Assembly (NCBI GenBank): GCA_034780895.1
Contig: JAUZTB010000071.1
Span: forward strand, 15,317,227-15,381,226
Length of the DNA: 64,000 bases
Direction of reading: 5' to 3'
Source: Rhynchobatus australiae
Lineage: Eukaryota
Positions 23,201 through 34,824 of this stretch are shown one piece after another. How positions within the stretch are numbered: position 1 is the first letter of the stretch; the number at the start of each line of letters is the position of its first letter. A program made the translations under genes and the position numbers. The notes beneath the pieces are model-generated. The model ran no database searches, was not told where the DNA came from, and was given only the letters and a program-made list of their open reading frames with translations.

Positions 23201-24915
23201 TTGAAATGATGCCATAAAATAAAATTTGAGATGAATGCTATTGAGCAGTTTTAGAGACAAAAGAGCTATGTGTAGAAAGTCATAATCTTCAGATAAGCAC
23301 TACATTTAAAATATCATTATGAAAATTAAAATTTTACAGTGGCAAAAAACAGTATACTCGCTTTGGAATTTGTAAATTTATGATATTTAAAATTTAGTTT
23401 TATCTTTTTTTTAATTTGTAAGGAAAAGAATGTGCTCATTTAGAGGAGTGCTCCCTTTATCATGCCCCAACAATATGCCTTAGCTTCAACTCATTCTTCA
23501 GCAGATTAGCCCATATTACATCTGTTTTTAAAAAAAAAGTTTTTTCCATTCCTCATCCTTCAATTTTGTCAAAAGTAAATTCCCAATTTGTGTTAAATCA
23601 GGGACAGTTTTATTTTGTATGCTCATTCATATTGAACTCTAAATTGAGAATGGTCAAGGTTGGTTTATATGGCATATTTAATATGAATTCTGCATTCCAT
23701 TGGCATGCTGTAGTTATATTATCAAACTTTAGGCCTGCAATACATTAATGGTTTCAAGTGAAAAATGTGTGGGAATTATGGAAATGTGCTGAGGGTAAAT
23801 GCAGTAGAGATGTAAAAAGGAGAAAACCATCAGGACTTCCATCATGTCACACTTCAGACTGACTTATTTCCTTATTGTTGAGTAATATTAATCAAGTCTA
23901 TAGAGATGTTTGAAACTGCTTGCACTATGTCTATCAGCAAAAGTTAACGCAGTGTATTGGGGAAAGTTGTATGAGGTATAACGAATAACATAAAAATAGA
24001 AATTAGACCTATTTTGAGGAGATTCTCCATTACATAAATCAATAAAGGTATTGTAGTATTCAATAAATAGTTGCAGCTTCTATTAGTGATTTTTATTTTG
24101 TAGGAAGCTTTCAGTAATGCAATCCCTGAATTAATTTTCTTTTGTTTGTAATTTTCCCTTAGAGGTTCAATATCTATTGTTTCATCTTTCAGGAGCCTTA
24201 ATAAGAGCATATTAACCTTTTGAACATACCCTTTAAGTTATGAGAGAGAGAAGGCTAACATGAGAAGTGGCAGTGGCATGTGCCGAAATTGTGTGGGGGG
24301 GGGGGGGTGAAAGATGATTTTNNNNNNNNNNNNNCATTGCTTGTAAAGTAATCCCTACTTTGTCTGACAGACATGATTTTCTGCTGAAATGCTGTGCTTT
24401 TCATTATTTGGCAAATAACTTGACCAAGTGAAAGTTCAGTTCCAAAAGCTAAGTATGAAAGTTGAGTCCTACCAACTTTCCTGTACTTCATTAAAACAAT
24501 GAATAAGAATCTGTTACTAGGTAACTGTACAACAGAATGTTTATGATGTCATAGGCATCAAGAGCAAAATTTTGAGTGACTTATAAAAGGAACTTGCTCC
24601 CACAACTATACCTCTCCATCTAGGATGGCATTGTAACTTAATTTTATGGATAAAAGGTTCCAAGCTTCTGTTACTGTCCTCAATATTGACATCCTCTTGT
24701 GCCATTGTATTAGGATATCAGTAATCCATGCAACATGAATGATAGGAGTGGTTGCTTTGGCTATCAAACTGCATTTGAAAATTGTCTGTAATCCTTTCAG
24801 TAACAGGGCATATAACATTGTAGACTTTGCTGTTTCATATGTCTAATATTTTTGTCCTCTCATTACTTTAGGAGTGTGCTGTCGATCTGGCTTTGAATAA
24901 TTTTAGACCTACATC

Positions 24916-25269
24916 ATGAGCATTGTTCACGACAAATTAGGTAACGAATTCCTCAGGAACGGTGGGATGGAACCAAACTTTTCTTCTGGCATGATCATGT
25001 TCAGTCACCTCCCACCAATCACAAATTTTTCCAGCCTCGCTGCTCATTCTGTCACACCATCTGTACCTCAGGATTTGATCCTCAAAAAAGATCCTGACGC
25101 TCCAGCAGAAAAATACCCATCAGAATATGTGCAGCCCATCTCGGATGTTAAAGAGAAAAAGTTCTCCGCGCATGATGGATTTTTATTTTTTAAGAATAAG
25201 CTTCTCGAGGAAGAGGAGATGGGCAGGGGACAGAACATCTTGACCCACAACCTAAATCATACTGGTGTA
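24916..25269 (+). CDS. znf281: ZNF281 coding exon 1 (118 codons; exon begins at 24872)
   Basis: MSIVHDKLGNEFLRNGGMEPNFSSGMIMFSHLPPITNF resembles ZNF281 MEPTFPQGMVMFNHRLPPVTSF. ATG has A at -3 and an upstream in-frame stop; donor GTA|GTAAGT, phase 0. Confidence 0.9.
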
Positions 25270-26512
25270 GTAAGTATGTTTTCCATTCAGAGTCATGCAT
25301 TGCTTGATAGTTGCACGTTGTTATGGAATTTAATCAGCTAATTTACTACTTGNNNNNNNNNNNNNNNNNNNNNNNNNNNNNNNNNNNNNNNNNNNNNNNN
25401 NNNNNNNNNNNNNNNNNNNNNNNNNNNNNNNNNNNNNNNNNNNNNNNNNNNNNNNNNNNNNNNNNNNNNNNNNNNNNNNNNNNNNNNNNNNNNNNNNNNN
25501 NNNNNNNNNNNNNNNNNNNNNNNNNNNNNNNNNNNNNNNNNNNNNNNNNNNNNNNNNNNNNNNNNNNNNNNNNNNNNNNNNNNNNNNNNNNNNNNNNNNN
25601 NNNNNNNNNNNNNNNNNNNNNNNNNNNCCCTTAACTCATTAATTTAGGGTTGTTTTTGATCTTTTTTTCTCCCTTAATGTGGTGGTAAAAGGTGAAACAT
25701 ATTTTCTATTTTGACATTCCAGTTCACTATCAAACATGCACAGGTCAAATAGTTATCAATACTTTGACTCAATAATATATTATAACTTCACTCTCTGAAG
25801 AACAGTCCTACCAGGCTATATTAACATTGACATTTTGTGCAAGATGTCCCTTGAGGAGATGGGCTGTGTCATGGCTGTGTGAAATTGATTACTTTTGCAA
25901 ATTCAATATTTTGCATATATTGGGTAGTGTAGTATAACGATTATGGTTCTGGACTAGCAATAAAGAACTTTGAGTTCAAATGCAACAGTAACAAATTATA
26001 TATTAATGTCAGTAAAGAAAGGGACTCTGCTACCCTTACAATGTATAAATGAGTGATGATCTACATCTCCCCCAGTTCAATTTTTTTATTCATTTGTTCC
26101 TGGCATGAAGGAAGCATGAGGAGTGTATCAGTTATTATCTATTCCTGGTATCCCTGAAGGCAGTCAAATGTGAGACTGGATTCCTTTGTTCAATAGTATT
26201 TGACTACTGTACCGAACAATTAGGGATGGGTGATATGTGCTGCTATGTTAAGCATCTGCATAAGGGACAAACATAGTTCAATAAAGCATTATTCATCACT
26301 GCAGCATAAGCTTATTAAGTTAAAGGCAAAATCTTATGATGTGAACACAACTCCTGCTCTCGCATTATCTAAAATCATAACTAAAGTTCTTTGCCCTTTG
26401 TCTCAGAACATTTGGAACAGCTTGACCAAATACCCTACTGGACTGACAGCACATGAAATATTCAGTAAGCTTTCCAATTTGACAGGTTCTTTGGAATCGT
26501 ATAACGTGGAAT

Positions 26513-26818
26513 GGTCATAGAGAAATACAACACAAAGTCAGGTTTTTTGGCCCACGAAGCGCACACAAACATTCAACCACTCATTTATGCTCATGCTACA
26601 TTAATGCCATTTTTATTTTGCTCGTATTCCTATCAACTCCCTCCTACACACAATATGGGCAATTTACGGTGGCCAGTTGTTACCACCCATGCAACTTCGA
26701 GATTTGGGAGGAAACCAGAGCAGCAGGAGGAAATCTGTGGGATCACAGTGAAAATGTGCAAATTCCATAGAGACGGTGCCCCAGGTCAGGCAGCGGCCCC
26801 ACTGGCTGCACCACGGTG
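26513..26818 (-). mobile_element. Older V-SINE in a znf281 intron
   Basis: gtcatagagaaatacaacacaa..ggcaatttacggtggcca..tttgggaggaaaccagagca..gtgcaaattccatagagac. Confidence 0.7.
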
Positions 26819-29148
26819 CTACCTGTGAGAGAGGCTACTTGTGCCTATCCTTTAAAATATCTAGCTTGCCATACTGTATCTTTTCCTGCACCCTTACAAA
26901 TATTCCCTTTCAGATAAGCACCAAATATGATTTTAAAAGTTGACACCATACTTTTAAGAAGTGCATTTCAGATTCTCACAACTTGTACAAAATATATATT
27001 TGTTCTGATTCCCTGCACTCAGAGTTTATATATATGAAAAGTGCAAGCTTTTCTTTAACCAAACAATTATTGTGAGCATTACACCATCATCTTGCAGGTG
27101 GACTCACTTTTTACAATTGGCTGATCAGCTACTTTATCTAGACTCAGAGTCCTGATATTTGAAAGGAGTCCTTATTTGATCATAGTTTTCCATTCCCAAC
27201 AACAGCTTTTTCCATGAGTAAATTCAAAATGGAAATTTTCTTGTGATGATTGCAGGCATGGGAGAATGGTGTTCTTTCAAATAAGTTGTCTGTAATTTCA
27301 TGATGTCCTGTATATGATATTGTTTTTCTTGCATACAATAAGAAAGAACTTGCATTTATAAAGAACATGTCACAGTCCTTGGTGTAAGACGTTTGTTAAC
27401 CTCAAGGTCCCAGAAACAGTGTTTAGGTACATGATCAGATCATATGTTTGCTTGACATTGGGTTGATTTGGCTCTACTTAGTCACNNNNNNNNNNNTTCA
27501 GTTTTCCAAATTTATATGAACTGATGATCAGTAATCTTGTCTTCATTCTTTGAAAGATTATTCTACCGGAACTAGAAACATTTTCCCTTTTTGATCAGAG
27601 GTCAATGAATTCTTTGATTCTCTCCACAAATTCAGTCTGACCTACTGAGAACTTCCTGAATTTTGTTTTTATATTTTGACATTTATTGTAGTTTTCCCGT
27701 TTCTCTTCCCTCCCTGCTCTCAAGGCCCTGGTCCATGTTGAATTACAATTACATTGCAGCAGGCATCTCTTCAATACCTACGAGTCACAGTAGTGTATGA
27801 AAGTATCACTGCCAAGCTGTTGTCACTCCAACTGTCACTGTATTAGGCTGTCCAGCAGTGGTGACTGAATAACAGTCAGGGCTTGAAGCTCCAGCAAGTT
27901 TGGTTTTGCCAATAGAAAGTAGGGAAAAATTATTTTGGTTTATGCCATTCTCCAGATCTTATTCCAGATGAATAGTTATTGACTTCTGACTTGTATGTGA
28001 GAATTATTACTCAAACTGTTTTCAAGACTGGGATTCAAAATCTGCTGTAGTTCTACACTTGCCAACCATGCATTGAAAGTTAATTTGATATATTATCCAG
28101 TGTAAATTTTCAATGGCTGTGCTATTTCTGAAATGGTAACTTAGTGCATTTTAACAGTGGAGGTCACAAAGGAAAAGAGTACTTCAACCCACAAAAAGAC
28201 TTGCTAAATCGGTTCATTCTTTGGTGCCGTTTGGTATATTTCGGGACCAAAATGACCTTTTCGGGTAGTTACTGTACATATTGTACATTGTGTTTTATTT
28301 AAATTGGAATTTCCATTAATTTACATTTTAACTGAATTGTTAATCAGATGCAAGCCAATGACAGTATTAGTGACTTACTTTTGGGTTTTTATCTAATTAA
28401 ATGTTTTGGCAAAATTTTGTTAAAATAACCAAGATAACAATTTACATCCTAAATATCTGAAAACCAAATGACTACAATATGTCATTGTAATGCAATTATT
28501 CCAGTTCATATCCTCAGTTTTTCCCCTGCAGTAAATTCCAGGTTTGATTATGGCTGTTTAAAGAAGGAATTCATAGTATGCTAACTACGTTTTCCTTAAT
28601 GAGATAAATAAGACCAACAACTTGTGACCCCTGCATTATGGTGGGGGGGGGGGTGGAATTGCATTCCGAGAAAACAGGCTATATCGTGATTTTCCTTAAA
28701 GAAAAGCTGCATCATCTGCACATGCATCAAGGAAAGTGAGTTGGAAAAATATTGTGTTTACTTTTTTTTCACACAATTTCTGTGAGAGTGAAGTTTATTC
28801 AGTATTTCAAGTTTTTTGGTAGTGATTTGTAAATTCCGTAAGGGTGAATTTCTGTGACCCAAACAGCCGTAATGCGGGGATTGCCCTACTTGTACAGTTC
28901 TGCTCCAGGGTTCTTTGCTTGCTTTCCCATGGAGGCATGTCAAAGGAAGGGAGAAAAGAAATGCCTTTAACTAGAAAATGACTAAAAACAAACTTTGCTA
29001 CTGCTGTTTCTCAGTGCAGGAATAAATTGGTAACTAACTGATGTAATTGTTGAATTGTTCTGAATTTTCAATATTTTCTTTGAAAAATTGCATTCTTGGG
29101 CTTGGCCTGGAGAACAGAAATTAAGTTTCTTATTTTAAATTCTTCCAG

Positions 29149-29274
29149 TCACAAGTCAGATATGAAAAAGATTACCTCACTGTTCCAAAACAAGGGACTG
29201 TTAAGAGGGCAAAGAAACAAAATTCCCAATCTCAGGATACGAAACCCAAGCGGAAACGAAGTGAAACGTCCAAG
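29149..29274 (+). CDS. znf281: ZNF281 coding exon 2 (126 nt; basic, NLS-like region)
   Basis: Acceptor ttcttccag|, donor AAG|GTAGGG, phase 0-0. SQVRYEKDYLTVPKQGTVKRAKKQNSQSQDTKPKRKRSETSK aligns to ZNF281 EPKQDTNVKKAKRPKPESQGIKAKRKPSASSK. This frame is not shown in the ORF track. Confidence 0.88.
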
Positions 29275-29316
29275 GTAGGGTTTCTGTAGGTGCATTGATC
29301 ACCCAAAGGTGCCTCA

Positions 29317-29578
29317 GAAATTGTAGTCAGTTATATTCTCAAAACTATTTGAAATGCCATTATCACCTTTTCAATTAGGAACTAACTACTTACTGATTTC
29401 AGCAGGTTTTATTAATGATTTTGTAACTTAACTGGGTAGCTNNNNNNNNTAAGGTACTTGGGAACCCCTAGTTGAACATTATACCAAGATGATTAATCAG
29501 AGTTCCTGCGCACAAAATTTACCCAGTGAGTAAGCTCGTAATTGAAAAGGTGATAATGGCATTTCAGATTACAATTTC
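29317..29578. repeat. Inverted repeat (MITE-like) in a znf281 intron
   Basis: Perfect 28-bp arms tgaaatgccattatcaccttttcaatta (29350-29377) / taattgaaaaggtgataatggcatttca (29539-29566), plus outer arms gaaattgtagtc / gattacaatttc. Confidence 0.8.
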
Positions 29579-30641
29579 AAAGCATTTTTAGCATTTTGTT
29601 TCACTGTTGATTGCTGGCAAAATAAACTTTGTCTGGAGAAGTTGAGTTCAGCCATGACCTGAGCCCATTAGACACATGCTGTCTGTTGATGCTTTTTTTG
29701 CTGGCAACCCCTGAAATGTAAAAAAATAGTGAAGATTGTGGCAAAACAAAATGCACAAAGAATTTTTTTTGTAGTAGTGGCAGTTATGTGCTCGATTTTG
29801 CATATAGGAACAGCAGCACCTCATTTCCCCTCTAAACACACACTATCCCAATTCAGGAATATTTTGTTTCTTCATTATTGCTGGGACAGCAATGTCTTGT
29901 ACAACACTACTCTGGAAGTGCTGTGGTTCACAAAGCCAACTTGCTGCTACCTTCTCAGCAGCAAGTAGGGTGGGGCAAATATACCTACATCGCAAGATGA
30001 TTTAAAAGATCAGTTAATGGGTTTAAGACGCAACAATCTGGATCCCACACCACTGCTGCAGTTCAGTTGTTAATTGTTGAAGTATTTGAGTAGCACCGAG
30101 TATGAGGGGACACAAAATAGGTCTTTAAGTGGTGTTTATGTGACTCATTTGTGATCTATGGCACTTGTACATTGTAAGACTAGTACATATTTTTCAAATT
30201 ATTGCCAGCACTTGTCACTGTAGCTATCACAGACCATTTTACCAGGAAGGTAATTTTATACTGCCCACAAACCATTTTCAAAATATTTTCTTAATATTCT
30301 CTCTTGTTCATCTTAATAGACCCTGTCTCTTTGTAGATTACTCTTTATTGATATTTATAATTCTAGATGAAGTATAATATCAGCAAGTGTATATAAAGAC
30401 AAGCATGCGAGCATATGCTCTATAACATGATCATGATCAGCCTCTTAAGAGGGGATTTTCTTTTGTATTAAGCATTACAGACATATAATCCGAAAGTATC
30501 TGTTAGTTCCATGANNNNNNNNNNNNNNNNNNNNNNNNNNNNNNNNNNNNNNNNNNNNNNNNNNNNNNNNNNNNNNNNNNNNNNNNNNNNNNNNNNNNNN
30601 NNNNNNNNNNNNNNNNNNNNNNNNNNNNNNNNNNNNNNNNN

Positions 30642-30929
30642 TTATTAGTCACATATACATCGAAACACATAGTGAAATGCGTCTTTTTGAATTACTGAGA
30701 ATGTGCTGGGGGCAGCCCGCAAGTGTCGCCACTCTTCTGGCGCTAACATAGCATGCCCACAGCTCTTAACCTGTATGTCTTTAGAACGTGGGAGGAAATC
30801 GGAGAACCCGGAGGAAACCCACGCAGACACAAAGCGACCATGTACAAACTCCTTACAGACAGTGGTGGGAATTGAACCCAGGTCGCTGGCGCTGTAATAG
30901 CGTTACGCTAATTGATACACTACCGTGCC
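30642..30929 (-). mobile_element. Young V-SINE, Rex1-type tail
   Basis: Reverse complement of the family seen at 14138 and 63534 (ttattagtcacat..gtgaaatgc..ggaattgaaccc..ctaccgtgcc). Confidence 0.9.
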
Positions 30930-31767
30930 ACCCCCCTACACTATTGTGTAGTGTATCTTTGTATTTTCACTGCTAAAATCTGGCTAACGTGTTCTGTAAA
31001 AAGCCATCAAATGCTTATTTTGCAAAAAAAATTATGAAGATTTGATTGGGAAATGAAGCAAAGTGGGAATTCACAACTTTTAGGAGAATTTTGCCTTGTT
31101 TTGGATGCATTATGTTTTAGAGATTTATTTGAAAACTATCACATTTGAAATCAACATTGGGTGATACCTTTGCATCTATTAACCATGCACATGTTGATAT
31201 ATGTATTTAGTTTTGCTGTTCTATGCACTTCCCATTATAAATTTTATATTCACCCCGTCGGTGGCTATTATTGCAACGTGGCAAATTTAGCTTGTCAGTT
31301 TTCATTAAACATATATAGACCTAGGAATTTAAAATAAAAAGCACAATTGGGTATAATGCATGATCTCACAATCTCCAAATGAATGATGTCTATACATACT
31401 GGTTCAATTATTCCTTTCATCAAAAGATTGCACATTATTTAGACTTGCTGCATTGCCAACAGTTTCTGCATTTCAAAAGTTCTGCATTGGATATAAAACC
31501 CTTTGAGATGCTCTGAAAGTATGGAAGTCATATGCAGTCAGATCTTTGAGTCTTTCTCATGTGAAATGGCTTAGCAAGTTGACCAGTAATCTACCTTCTC
31601 CTGTTGGAGAAAGACTAGTGTTTTAAAATTACTGAAAATATAATTGGCATTGTCACTTGGTGTTAAACAATTTATTAGAATTTATTAAATTGCCATCAAT
31701 GCATCGAAACAGACTTTTAATTTCACTGAAATATTCAGCTTTATTTGTGAATTCTTTTCCTTCGTAG

Positions 31768-31888
31768 TCTTCAGCAGGTGGAGATGGTACCAATCTTTTA
31801 CATGGTCCGAAGGTTCACATATGTGAGCATTGCTGTGCCTCCTTTCGTAGTTCTTACCACCTTCGTCGCCACGTCCTCATTCACACTG
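31768..31888 (+). CDS. znf281: ZNF281 coding exon 3 (zinc finger 1)
   Basis: Acceptor ttttccttcgtag|, donor G|GTAAGG; [40 protein letters not shown](G). [16 protein letters not shown] is the ZNF281 form rather than ZNF148 FRTNYHLQRHVFIHTG. Confidence 0.95.
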
Positions 31889-32095
31889 GTAAGGAATAAA
31901 AAAGATAGTACTGAAAATGAGCTATAAATTTTCCCACTTTGTTCAGTGTTGTTTCTTATGTTCTTCAGAGTTGAGGCTTTGATACTATGCTTAGTATTAT
32001 TTATTGTTTTTTTTTCTATTTGAGCTTCTTAATCATTTCAAGTGTTTGACCCATTACCTTGTGTTTGAGGAATAATTTTATACTTGTCCTTGTAG

Positions 32096-32179
32096 GTGAA
32101 CGGCCTTTCCAGTGTAGCCAGTGTAATATGTGCTTCATCCAGAAGTATCTCCTTCAGAGGCATGAGAAGATCCACAGTG
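32096..32179 (+). CDS. znf281: ZNF281 coding exon 4 (zinc finger 2, 84 nt)
   Basis: Acceptor ttgtccttgtag|, donor G|GTATGT; [27 protein letters not shown](G), phase 1-1. Confidence 0.95.
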
Positions 32180-32195
32180 GTATGTATCCAGATTG

Positions 32196-32916
32196 CATAG
32201 AACAGTATAGCACAATACAGGTCCTTTGACCCGCAATGTTGTGCCGACCTTTAAACTCTCGCTTAAGACTAGCTAACCCCTTCCTCCCACATATTCCTCT
32301 ATTTTAAATTCCAACATATGCTTATCTAGTAATCTCTTGAATTTGACCAATTGTGACCAATCCACCACCGCCCCAGGCAGCGCACTCCATGCCCCAGTCC
32401 ACTCTCTGGGTAAAAAACCTCCCTCTGATATTTCCCTTGAACTTCCCACCCATTACGTTAAAGCCATGCCCTCTTGTATTGAGCATTGGTGCCCTGGGGA
32501 AGAGGTGCTGGCTGTCCACTCTATCTATTCCTCTTAATATTTTGTACATCTCTATCATGTCTCCTCTCATCATCTTCTCTCCAAAGAGTAAAGCCCTAGT
32601 TCCCTTAGTCTCTCCACATAATGCATACTCTCTCAACCAGGCAGCATCTTGGTAAATCTCCTCCGGACCCTTTCTAATGCTTCCACATCCTTCCTATAAT
32701 AAGGCGACCAGAACTATGCACAGTACTATAAGTGTGGTCTNNNNNNNNNNNNNNNNNNNNNNNNNNNNNNNNNNNNNNNNNNNNNNNNNNNNNNNNNNNN
32801 NNNNNNNNNNNNNNNNNNNNNNNNNNNNNNNNNNNNNNNNCCACCAACCTTTGTGTCATCTGCAAACTTGCCAACCCACCCTTCTACCCCCTCATCCAAG
32901 TCATTAATAAAAATCA
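32196..32916 (-). mobile_element. 5'-truncated CR1 LINE filling most of a znf281 intron
   Basis: Minus-strand RT core [24 protein letters not shown] and C-terminal MRGDMIEMYKILRGIDRVD..TRGH..FFTQRV; tail ..ctgttctatg lies 16 nt from the exon 4 boundary. Confidence 0.92.
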
Positions 32917-33046
32917 TTGGCATCTTTCTTAACCTATTTCAGTGCTTTTTATTTTTCTTGGTATTTGAAAAAGAACACTTGCTGTCCTAATGTGCAGTTG
33001 CTAATTATCCTTTTTGAAGTAAAGCTAATGTATATGTTCCTTGAAG

Positions 33047-33165
33047 GAGAGAAGCCGTTCTGTTGTGATCAGTGTAATATGAGATTCATCCAGAAATATC
33101 ACATGGAAAGACATAAACGGACACACAGTGGAGAAAAGCCTTATCAGTGCCACACTTGCCAACAG
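33047..33165 (+). CDS. znf281: ZNF281 coding exon 5 (zinc finger 3 and start of finger 4)
   Basis: Acceptor gttccttgaag|, donor CAG|GTATAG; [39 protein letters not shown], 119 nt, phase 1-0. Confidence 0.95.
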
Positions 33166-34189
33166 GTATAGCTGTCAACTTTAGAAAGCACTTGTGTATG
33201 GAAAAGATGTAGAATGTAAATGGCAAATTACACATGTCAAATTAAAAAAGATCTGGCTGGGATGGGGGAGTAGTTGGTGTGGAGTTGTATATGTCTGAGC
33301 CAGCTCTATAGCAAGAAGCAAAAGCAGTATTTCAGCATGTTATTAATTTTGAGAAAAGGGGTGATTGTTGAAAGTCAGAAAATATACTTTATGTATTTGA
33401 CTTATCAGTAAACGATTTGCTTTCTCAGATCAATGTTGTCTATGTATTCTGACCTAAATAGGAACAAATATGGAGAGAGCAAGTGATGATAGACGCTCTG
33501 AACCCTTCACATAGCCCAAAGATGTTTAATTCTTTTCGTGCCCAATCTTAACAGCCATTACTGGAAATGCATTGTCAAACATAAAGCACTTGCTCACTCA
33601 GTGCAGCACAGAAGAGAGCTCAATCCAAATTTTAAAACTTGATTGCCATGCAAAAGCTTTCTTTTGCTTCTCTCTCCTCATCTCGTAAAATTCATTAGCA
33701 ATGTATCCCAGAGATTTCGTGAGACTGACTCACGTACAGATTTGCTTTCAGCAGCATCTTTTTTTCCTGCGCCTGGCTGGATGCGCTGATGACAAGTAGT
33801 CCTTCACCCTGAGAGAAATTGCTTCAATCCACCTACTCACTGGCACCAAACCTGAGAGACTTTTCTTATGTCTGTTCTAGTCAATTGATGTTGGGTTGTG
33901 TCGCTCTGGACCAAATCTGACATGAAGCTTCCTATTCTGCTTTAGTGATTCATCAGAATAAACTAATTGACCTGTTTACAACTTTAATCATAAGCTATTT
34001 TGTCAAATGATGGGCAGATTCTATTCCTGTTTACCTCCCTTGAGGTGTCTTGGTTTGAGGCTTAGTAGCAGAGTTGGAGTCCTGCATGATCACACATTTG
34101 AGAAAGTAAAACTTGAATTAATGCTACCCTAATGACAAAATAATCTGTTTCTGTAATGTTGTAGGGTATTTATTGTTGAGACATTGGGG

Positions 34190-34392
34190 ATGATTCCCCT
34201 GCTTTTCTTTTGAAAGAGCCCTGGAGTTTATATCCACTTGAGAGGGAAACAGGACTGTGGTTCAATGCCTCTTTTGAAAGAGCATCAGCAAAAGTGCAGC
34301 ATGCCTTCAGTGCTACATTACAATTCTGTAGAACAGTGTTTGAACCCACAACCTGTTGACCCAGAGATATGCTGACAATGGAACCACAGCGA
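34190..34392 (-). mobile_element. Ancient Deu-domain SINE (SacSINE1-like) remnant
   Basis: cccctgct..ttgaaa..tccacttgagagg..ggttcaatgcctc..gaaaga..agtgcagca..cttcagtgct..ttgaacccacaacc resembles the reverse-oriented tRNA head and Deu core. Confidence 0.55.
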
Positions 34393-34824
34393 GATGAAAT
34401 TTTGTAAAAATAACTAACATTAAAATTTTAGCAACTATTTCCTCTAAACTGTAAATAGTCTCTTTTCCCCTTAGTTTTCCATTTCCCTGTCCTTCACCCA
34501 TGTGCTTTATAGTTTTGTAGAATTTATATTGAACTAAGTTACTCTTTCTCAGAGCAAGTAATAATTACCCCTTGACCATTAATTTATAATGAAATATTTG
34601 AGAGAGCACAGGTGATTGTGTGAAACAAAAACTCCTGTTTTTGTTCAAGTTGCTATTCGTTACTGGTGCTTATCCATGTATGTGCACATAAGATATGATT
34701 ANNNNNNNNNNNNNNNNNNNNNNNNNNNNNNNNNNNNNNNNNNNNNNNNNNNNNNNNNNNNNNNNNNNNNNNNNNNNNNNNNNNNNNNNNNNNNNNNNNN
34801 NGATTAATTTTTTTTTGTCTTCAG

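Noticed and set aside
28158-28268. Exon-like stretch after ttttaacag in the first coding intron
   Set aside because: No similarity to ZNF281/ZNF148, no convincing frame-compatible donor, and the CDS already joins cleanly from 25269 to 29149.
31768-31778. Alternative tandem acceptors (tcag/cag) at coding exon 3
   Set aside because: Both would shift the frame relative to the phase-0 upstream donor.
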